Below are positions 28,201 to 33,593 of a stretch of 33,593 nt of DNA, one piece after another. The stretch is from Candidatus Cloacimonadota bacterium (GTDB taxonomy: Bacteria > Cloacimonadota > Cloacimonadia > Cloacimonadales > WRIO01), in the NCBI GenBank assembly GCA_029564175.1, contig JAKQQL010000251.1, forward strand, positions 1 through 33,593, written 5' to 3'. The notes under the pieces are model-generated. The model was not told the origin of the DNA. It saw only the letters and a list, made by a program, of their open reading frames with translations, and searched no databases. How positions within the stretch are numbered: the stretch's first letter is position 1; the number at the start of each line of letters is the position of its first letter. Made by a program: the position numbers and the translations under genes.

Positions 28201-30820
28201 AGAATCTTCTGAAAAAGTAAAGAATAAACTGTTTAAGCAATCTATTCTGTATAATTTATGTACCGCAAAGAGTAAACTCTACAATTTTAGATATTATCTG
28301 GATTTTCTAAAAAATGAAAAGCTTTTTGATGAACTGGAAAACATTGAGATAGTAAATCCATTCCATAAAAGTTATATCTACTACTTATGCGAAGTCAATC
28401 AAACAGAAAAAGTAAACAAGATTCTCAATAATAAAATCAATTTTTCTGCCACAAGCGATGAAGAATTCCTGCATCAGATTACCGGCATTCTCTTTTATCA
28501 TAAAAAAGAATATCTTCAGGCAAAATTATCCTATGAAAAAGCTCTGACAGCTGCCAATCTGATTAAGAGCAGTTATGCGATTGCAATATGCTATATCCGC
28601 CTTGCACAGTGCAATATTAAATTGCATAATATTCTCGAAGCTGAAGAAAATCTGAAAAATGCAAATGTCTTTATTGAAACCCATCGTTTTCAATACTGGG
28701 GAGTCGTTCAACAAATGCTGAAAATAGAACTCGGCCTGCTTAAGAAAGAAATCCCTTTAAGAAGCCTGCTAAGACAAGCAAATCAACTGAGTAAATTCTG
28801 TTATGAAAACCATTATTTCATTTTAAACATCGAATGTATGAGCGTTATCACACAGATTTATAATGAGTTAAAGGCAAACAGCTCTTATAAAACCAGTTTT
28901 TCTAAATATCAGTCTCTGGTAAAAGAAGCTGTCCGAAAGATACCAGAAGAAGACCAAAAGTCTTATCTCGCACTAAAACTCCCTTCCATGATTCCAGTAA
29001 AAAAACTGTCTTTCCACATGATAAGCAATCGTCATACAAAAAATAGTGAAACCTGGCAAGAAGAATTGTTTGGTCTGTTAAGAAAAGATGTCATAAATGA
29101 AATCCATTTCACTCTTGAGAAATATATCAAAGAGACCTTTGCACCTCATAAGTTTGTTATTGTCTATACCAAGAAAAATACACCTTATGAAAACTTCCTG
29201 AATTTCCCAAATTTTATCTCTTATATTTCAAATCATTTTAAAGAGAATGAGCTGGAATTATATAAAAGCATTTGTGTTAAAGCCCTGAATAACAAACAGG
29301 TTGTTAAGACAGAAATTGACAATAAACATGTCATGGTAGCGCCTCTCTGGCTGAGATTATCCTGTTATGGGTGTCTGATTATAGCAGATGATGGTGAGCT
29401 GCCTTTTACCACCTCAGAAACACATGCCATGAAACTGTTTTCGACTCAGCTTTCTGCGTTGCTGATTCGTATCATTGAGTTTGAAACCAATGAAAAAAAG
29501 ATGAAAAAAATGAAAGATGTCATGAATCTTTCCCGTAAATTTATTCAGGTTTACGATATCAAACGGCTTGAAGTGGACATATTACTCAATGCAATTCATA
29601 TTTGTAATGCAAAACGCGGAGTACTGATCAAGAAAGACAATTCAGGTAATTTCCTCTTTCATATTGCTTATGACAACGAACGAAATATCATATCTTCTTT
29701 CCCAAATGTTTCAAAAACAGCACTGCTTTATGTTCAGGAAAACAAAAATGCCATTTATACGGCAAATGTACTGGAAGAAAATATATTTAAATCAGCGCCT
29801 TCTATCCTGCAATATCAAATCAATTCTCTGTTCTGTGCCCCGATTATCATCGATGATGAAATCTATGCGTACCTCTATCTGGACAATTATCTGAGTAACC
29901 ATGAAAAGATGTATGTAGATGAAGAAGTGAATAATATGTTTTTAGTCCAGATTTCTCTTGCGCTTCAGAATGCACTGACTTATGATGCCCTGATGAAAAA
30001 GAACTTCCAGCTCCGTACCCTTGATAATATGAAAAATGAATTTATTCAAATCGTATCTCACGAATTGAACACACCTCTGCTTACCATGCAGGGTTATGTC
30101 AATGTCCTGAAAAAAAATGTAGGTGTTACGGGCATGCAATCCAATGATCTGCTACAAAAAATTGAAAAATCTACCAGTAAGCTCAGACAGACGATTAATG
30201 ACATTATGACTCTCAACCGCTTTAATGCAGCGAATAGCTTATCCCTGGTGAAACATAATGTTTCCGATATTCTCACAACGCTTGTGGCTGAAGCTGAAAT
30301 TGCCTCCAAAAACCGAAAAATGCGCTTTAAACTGGAAATTGGAGAAAATCTCCCTGAAGTGATGATTGACTGGACAGCATTCCATTTAATGGTTTATAAT
30401 CTGGTATTGAATGCCATTCGCTTCACTTCTGATTTTGGCACGATAATTGTGGGTGCCCGTCTGGCAGCTTTTCAGCAAGAAAAGGTAGAAGACCAGGATT
30501 CTCTGGTGATTTATGTTCAGGATAACGGAATTGGTATTCCTGAGCATGAACAGGAAAATGTATTTAAATCATTTTATGAACTGGGCGACATGCTGGCGCA
30601 CCGGTCTGGTAATGTGGAATATCGATCCAGTGGTCTGGGATTGGGTCTTTCACTCTCGAAACGTATCGCTGAGCTCCATAAAGGGAAAATCTGGTTACGA
30701 AGCAAGGAATCAGAAGGGACAACCGTTTTTGTATCAATTCCTTTCACTACCAAAAATAAAAATATTGAGCTGATTTCTACAAAAGTCCTGTCAAATCCAG
30801 ATAAGGATGGTAATTTTTAA
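25289..30820 (+). CDS. Dual Ser/Thr kinase - histidine kinase (STPK, degenerate P-loop NTPase, TPR, GAF, HisKA, HATPase), about 1843 aa
   Basis: Probable start ATG 25289 after GGAGG; kinase motifs LGSGLYANV, LK, HKDIKPEN, DYG, GTLPYIAPE; P-loop GGQGLGKG; TPRs (LYNNLGILY, IYNNLGDFY, YLNFGEAY); GAF (SLFCAPII...YLYLDN); H-box VSHELNTPL; NAIRFT; DNGIGI; GLGLGL. Confidence 0.92.
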   Translation: MIIDSRYKVIENLGSGLYANVYKVQDIRTGKIYSLKLFHRLEASSVYDELNAEAMHQITKLRHPNLLHIYSFGNMDTHIYYLAEYYQGKTLKNFRFSLSNCHVFYDLIAQICYALDALHNQNILHKDIKPENIMYQLTGDKIQVKVLDYGFSKIDTERNQQKISGTLPYIAPETYSGKGSSPESDFYALGVTLYFILTGTLPFSQDQIAEIIHGDHKNFFPKFIRTFIPDIPIELEKFILKLIEKKPEDRFSNCRSIIEYLNKIPGLNYPYSQKQSTINFFQFGSYLVRKDYAEQLRDYLVNMVHRNGKIITLIGGQGLGKGDLLTLFKYHILTNQYFIFDYTCSQTNRDPFFALIKEFSSSALNNERKNFEISGMSERFRRYLELSENVASKLNETEENLLQDYEHSLQFLKNLSEERPLVFVIRGGQYLTEQTIGFLNYISEEVIQLPILIVIAINDPGKIKSLKHAVRILVKTLTLNETHHYLNEIFKTDVPDYFSDTLWKRSNGNPKFIIEIMVDLIRKKKFLTTDKLEFNINFEEYQLPEELIHSIYNRMSHLSATSYRYLQKLSCIYTPLTMDLIMEILKISRKTLYNLLSDAQSNEMLFKDKGVYEFNFSEAKNRFFKECTEYVRIDISKQLIQYYKDNDNLDISVIQGLIKNCSLCKDYQSLVQFKRKLFQLYHNKYDQNNAFREIYEIVELDFSQKMSVTETEIRSDITWLIDKADLTGYIQEALELINTIPIKEDLFEVLYAKGTFNTRLEDWDKAEENYEKAQQIAITGKQQARVLLDFMWLHIVKGEKIKALQIIGQLERYQLTSELEITFYDRKGMYLSRYENEYEAIQFLENILLKIKQVTDQLALNRLASLYNNLGILYSGKKMYSETLKYFEQTLSIWEKLHNQRLLGTIYNNLGDFYLKQGYTQNALDYFKKAKEVSEKINNARGLILAYLNFGEAYIKLGDFISAEEFLNKARESSEKVKNKLFKQSILYNLCTAKSKLYNFRYYLDFLKNEKLFDELENIEIVNPFHKSYIYYLCEVNQTEKVNKILNNKINFSATSDEEFLHQITGILFYHKKEYLQAKLSYEKALTAANLIKSSYAIAICYIRLAQCNIKLHNILEAEENLKNANVFIETHRFQYWGVVQQMLKIELGLLKKEIPLRSLLRQANQLSKFCYENHYFILNIECMSVITQIYNELKANSSYKTSFSKYQSLVKEAVRKIPEEDQKSYLALKLPSMIPVKKLSFHMISNRHTKNSETWQEELFGLLRKDVINEIHFTLEKYIKETFAPHKFVIVYTKKNTPYENFLNFPNFISYISNHFKENELELYKSICVKALNNKQVVKTEIDNKHVMVAPLWLRLSCYGCLIIADDGELPFTTSETHAMKLFSTQLSALLIRIIEFETNEKKMKKMKDVMNLSRKFIQVYDIKRLEVDILLNAIHICNAKRGVLIKKDNSGNFLFHIAYDNERNIISSFPNVSKTALLYVQENKNAIYTANVLEENIFKSAPSILQYQINSLFCAPIIIDDEIYAYLYLDNYLSNHEKMYVDEEVNNMFLVQISLALQNALTYDALMKKNFQLRTLDNMKNEFIQIVSHELNTPLLTMQGYVNVLKKNVGVTGMQSNDLLQKIEKSTSKLRQTINDIMTLNRFNAANSLSLVKHNVSDILTTLVAEAEIASKNRKMRFKLEIGENLPEVMIDWTAFHLMVYNLVLNAIRFTSDFGTIIVGARLAAFQQEKVEDQDSLVIYVQDNGIGIPEHEQENVFKSFYELGDMLAHRSGNVEYRSSGLGLGLSLSKRIAELHKGKIWLRSKESEGTTVFVSIPFTTKNKNIELISTKVLSNPDKDGNF

Positions 30821-30822
30821 GT

Positions 30823-31644
30823 ATGAAGCAGGAAGACCATCTTATTTATGCAAATCCCTGTTTTGAAGAGCAGGCAGACCTGATATTTTTTGATTCTTAC
30901 TGTTTTCAGGACAATATCAGTCTGATCCCTTATCTCCCTGTTTTAAGTACCCGATTTAAAAAAATCGTACTCTATACCAATGATTTTATGTATCAGTTTT
31001 GGTTAAAAGTCTGTGAGCATTTCAAATTTCTACAAATTGTACCTATCAGTAGTTTTACCCCTGATTTGGATAGACAGGGAATAGTCATTAATCTGGATAA
31101 ATTCACCTCAATCAGAGAGCAGATCAATCATTCATACCTGTTGATTCAATTGTATTTCCCTTCAAGTCTGCAAATCACGGATGACAGTGATGACACAGAA
31201 AATGCCTCAGAAAGGTTAGATTCGGTTATGCGCAGTTTTTGCAGATACTTTGATTTAAATCTCAACAAATTAGAACCCAGTCTGGCATTCCAGCTAATTA
31301 ACCATTATTATCCGGCTGAAGTAAAAACCAATGAGATACTGGCACTGGTTCATCATCCCCTGAAACTAAAACTGCTAAATAAATCTGCGAAGAAAAAAAA
31401 CATGCGCTTAATCAGCCTTATCCCACATCCTCAGCAAAAATGCAAGAAATGCCTTTATGTCCGGTTTCTCATGGCTACTGGTAAATACAAACCGCTCCTC
31501 ATTCAGGAATATCATGATTTTGATGCCCAGCTCATGCTGATCAAGCAGTCTGCAACATTCATAACTGATGATTCAGACTACTTTAAATTCTTCAGCTATG
31601 GCATATTAGATATTAAAACCAAAAAGATCGGGTGGTTCATATAA
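30823..31644 (+). CDS. Hypothetical protein with weak resemblance to the glycosyltransferase family 9 (GT-B) fold
   Basis: ATG lies 2 bp after the kinase stop codon; LMLIKQSATFITDDSD resembles the GT9 motif L..lI..a.lfi.nDSG; the N-terminal LIPYLPVLSTRF.KIVLYT resembles the GT9 N-terminal segment. Confidence 0.6.
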   Translation: MKQEDHLIYANPCFEEQADLIFFDSYCFQDNISLIPYLPVLSTRFKKIVLYTNDFMYQFWLKVCEHFKFLQIVPISSFTPDLDRQGIVINLDKFTSIREQINHSYLLIQLYFPSSLQITDDSDDTENASERLDSVMRSFCRYFDLNLNKLEPSLAFQLINHYYPAEVKTNEILALVHHPLKLKLLNKSAKKKNMRLISLIPHPQQKCKKCLYVRFLMATGKYKPLLIQEYHDFDAQLMLIKQSATFITDDSDYFKFFSYGILDIKTKKIGWFI

Positions 31645-31722
31645 TGTAAGATCAACTATCCTTTTTGATCTAAAATGTTTATCTTGTTAGCGTCTTACTT
31701 AGGACAGTTAGACTTACAATGT

Positions 31723-31856
31723 AGAGTTTGTGGAAAAACCAGAGTTCCGGAGGAACGAAAGAATCCTAGCCCGTGGTGAAACCACGGGGAAATAGTGTGT
31801 TACGGTTCAAGCATCGTAGATGCGACAGAAATATTTATCTATTTTGCACAGACTCT
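31723..31856. mobile_element. 134-bp MITE-like element: 15-bp terminal inverted repeats enclosing three hairpins
   Basis: AGAGTTTGTGGAAAA (31723-31737) and TTTTGCACAGACTCT (31842-31856) are 13/15 complementary. Internal hairpins: GTTCC-GGA-GGAAC, CCCGTGGT-GAA-ACCACGGG, GCATC-GTA-GATGC. Partial second copy at 4598-4626. Confidence 0.65.
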
Positions 31857-31934
31857 GAAGATTAGGGGCACTATCCCTGTGGTCTTCGTAGCAAACTTGA
31901 TTGCTTGTTTCATACATCCTGATGACTTTCTTTC

Positions 31935-31962
31935 TTGACAAAGCAAAGCATATTATTAAAAC
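31935..31962 (+). promoter_or_regulatory. Candidate sigma70 promoter for the AAA/PD-(D/E)XK gene
   Basis: TTGACA at 31935-31940 and TAAAAC at 31957-31962; AAGGAG/GGAG RBS before ATG 31983. Confidence 0.45.
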
Positions 31963-31982
31963 TTGTCTATAAGGAGTGGAGT

Positions 31983-33593
31983 ATGAATAAGATAAAGAGA
32001 ATCCCCTATGGTAAATCAGACTTTGAAGCGACAAATTCACAGAATGATTATTATGTAGATAAGACCATGTTTCTCCCCGAACTGGAAAAAACACCTTATG
32101 TCTTTCTGATTCGTCCCCGCCGTTTTGGGAAATCTTTACTGGTATCCACCCTGCAAACCTATTATGATATTGCTAAAAAAGACAGATTTAACGAGTTCTT
32201 CTCCAATACCTGGATAAATGAAAACCCCACTGATGAAAGAGCAAAGTATCTGGTTTTGTATTTCAATTTCTCTGCTATTTTAAAAGAAAAAGAGAAGGTT
32301 CAGGAAGATTTTAACAAATACTGTGTTTTAGAAATTGATGCTTTCATACAAAATTATACAGATTATATCCCTCTGGAATTAATACGAGATGTGAATGAAA
32401 AGCAAACTGCTCATGAAAAATTACATGTGTTATCCATCGGATTAAGAAAGAATGACTATAAAATCTATCTCCTGATTGACGAATATGATAATTTTACCAA
32501 TACCCTGTTAACCGATTTTGGCGAACAGGAATACAAAAGAATTACCCGCCAGGCCGGTTATTTTAAACAATTCTTTACTAATCTGAAACTCCTGACTTCA
32601 GGCTCAGGCTCTGGTCTGGCAAGGATATTCATTACCGGTGTATCGCCGGTTACGATGGATGATGTGACCAGCGGATTCAATATAGGTAATAACATTTCTA
32701 ATTCATTGCCCTTTAACCAGATACTCGGTTTTACAGAAGAGGATGTCAAAGCGATTCTTGACTATTACGAAGCAGTTGGAGAACTCAAAATCAATAAATC
32801 AGAAGCTTTAGGAGTCATGACAGAGTGGTACAATCATTACATTTTTTCATTAGATGCGAACCAGTCCGTTTACAATAGTGATGCGGTTTGGTATTTTATA
32901 AAAGAAGCCATTTACAGTCAAAGCATCCCAAAAAATCTGATTGATGATAATCTTCGTATGGACTATGGCAAACTTCGTTATTTAGTAATGAAAGACAAGC
33001 AACTCAACGGGAATTTCAGCCGTTTATCCGATATTATTGAGACTGGCGGTATTCTAACTAAACTAAAGACCAGTTTCCCTTTTGATATGCTCACCCAGCC
33101 TGAGAATTTTGTCTCTCTGCTATATTATTTCGGGCTAATCACCTTTTCTGGCAAAACAATCAAGGGAAGACCTTATTTATGTATTCCCAATGAAGCCATG
33201 AAAACAATCCTGTGCGAATATGTCAGGGAGTCCCTGCGATTGTCCTTCAATTTTACGATGGATGTCATCACCCTGGAAGATAACATTTCAGCGATGGCAT
33301 TTGACGGAGAGTTTAAAACAGCCTTTAAGTTTATCGAATCTGAGATTCAAAGACAAAGCTCGATCCGTGACTTTATTGACAAAGAAAATATCGTTAAAAT
33401 CTTCTATCTGGTCTATCTGAATATCTATGACCTTTACATCGCTGTTTCCGAAAAAGAAAAGAATAAAGGCTATGCCGATATCGTTTTAGAACCCTTTCTA
33501 GCCAAATATCCCGATATAGAATACGCTTATCTGCTTGAATTTAAATATATCCCCCGCAGTATCAAAGATAAAGAACTTGAAAAAGAAGTTGCC
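31983..33593 (+). CDS. AAA-ATPase-like protein with C-terminal PD-(D/E)XK nuclease domain (3'-truncated by the window edge; absent from the ORF track)
   Basis: Manual translation: MNKIKRIPYGKSDF...YYVDKT; Walker A RPRRFGKS; Walker B LLIDEYDNF; ITGVSPVTMDDVTSGFNI; C-terminal GYADIVLEP...LLEFKY in the same frame at the window end. Confidence 0.92.
   Translation, partial: MNKIKRIPYGKSDFEATNSQNDYYVDKTMFLPELEKTPYVFLIRPRRFGKSLLVSTLQTYYDIAKKDRFNEFFSNTWINENPTDERAKYLVLYFNFSAILKEKEKVQEDFNKYCVLEIDAFIQNYTDYIPLELIRDVNEKQTAHEKLHVLSIGLRKNDYKIYLLIDEYDNFTNTLLTDFGEQEYKRITRQAGYFKQFFTNLKLLTSGSGSGLARIFITGVSPVTMDDVTSGFNIGNNISNSLPFNQILGFTEEDVKAILDYYEAVGELKINKSEALGVMTEWYNHYIFSLDANQSVYNSDAVWYFIKEAIYSQSIPKNLIDDNLRMDYGKLRYLVMKDKQLNGNFSRLSDIIETGGILTKLKTSFPFDMLTQPENFVSLLYYFGLITFSGKTIKGRPYLCIPNEAMKTILCEYVRESLRLSFNFTMDVITLEDNISAMAFDGEFKTAFKFIESEIQRQSSIRDFIDKENIVKIFYLVYLNIYDLYIAVSEKEKNKGYADIVLEPFLAKYPDIEYAYLLEFKYIPRSIKDKELEKEVA

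Noticed and set aside
31645..31930. RNase P RNA, tmRNA, 6S RNA or a riboswitch in the structured intergenic region
   Set aside because: No conserved signatures seen (for example GAGGAAAGUCC or tRNA-like ends); terminal inverted repeats and a partial copy at 4598 explain it better as a repeat element
3650..33420. Numerous short ORFs (60-139 aa) nested in or antisense to long genes, and short intergenic ORFs (4156-4374, 8388-8582, 25089-25292, 31807-32094)
   Set aside because: No recognisable motifs or RBS; they overlap well-supported genes, promoters or repeats and are most likely shadow ORFs

Overview
AT-rich bacterial chromosomal segment. The FlgD/CTD-type 'YPNPFNP' secreted proteins, canonical TTGACA promoters and GGAGG ribosome-binding sites suggest Cloacimonadota or a related FCB anaerobe (inference). 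From left to right it contains: (1) a tight porin / small periplasmic-binding protein / very long methyl-accepting chemoreceptor operon; (2) a REC-PAS-GAF hybrid histidine kinase; (3) a nine-gene minus-strand run (DUF3343, selD, AlbA/HATPase/HTH protein with a 9x12-bp perfect repeat, NatA/NatB-type ABC pair, HD protein, alpha/beta hydrolase, tyrosine recombinase, tandem TonB_C protein); (4) a divergent glycyl-radical activase plus trans-4-hydroxy-L-proline dehydratase (hypD); (5) two divergent GLUG-repeat secreted proteins; (6) a ~1840-aa Ser/Thr-kinase/degenerate NTPase/TPR/GAF/His-kinase, coupled to a small gene that resembles a degenerate GT9 glycosyltransferase; and (7) an AAA-ATPase/PD-(D/E)XK gene running off the right end. 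The intergenic regions are mosaics of several dispersed repeat families: GTAG-REP hairpins with compensatory changes, a 78-bp composite repeat, a 134-bp MITE-like element and others. One 'hub' at 4269-4782 holds pieces of nearly all of them. I found no rRNA, tRNA or CRISPR array. All family assignments come from motif recognition by eye, not from database searches.
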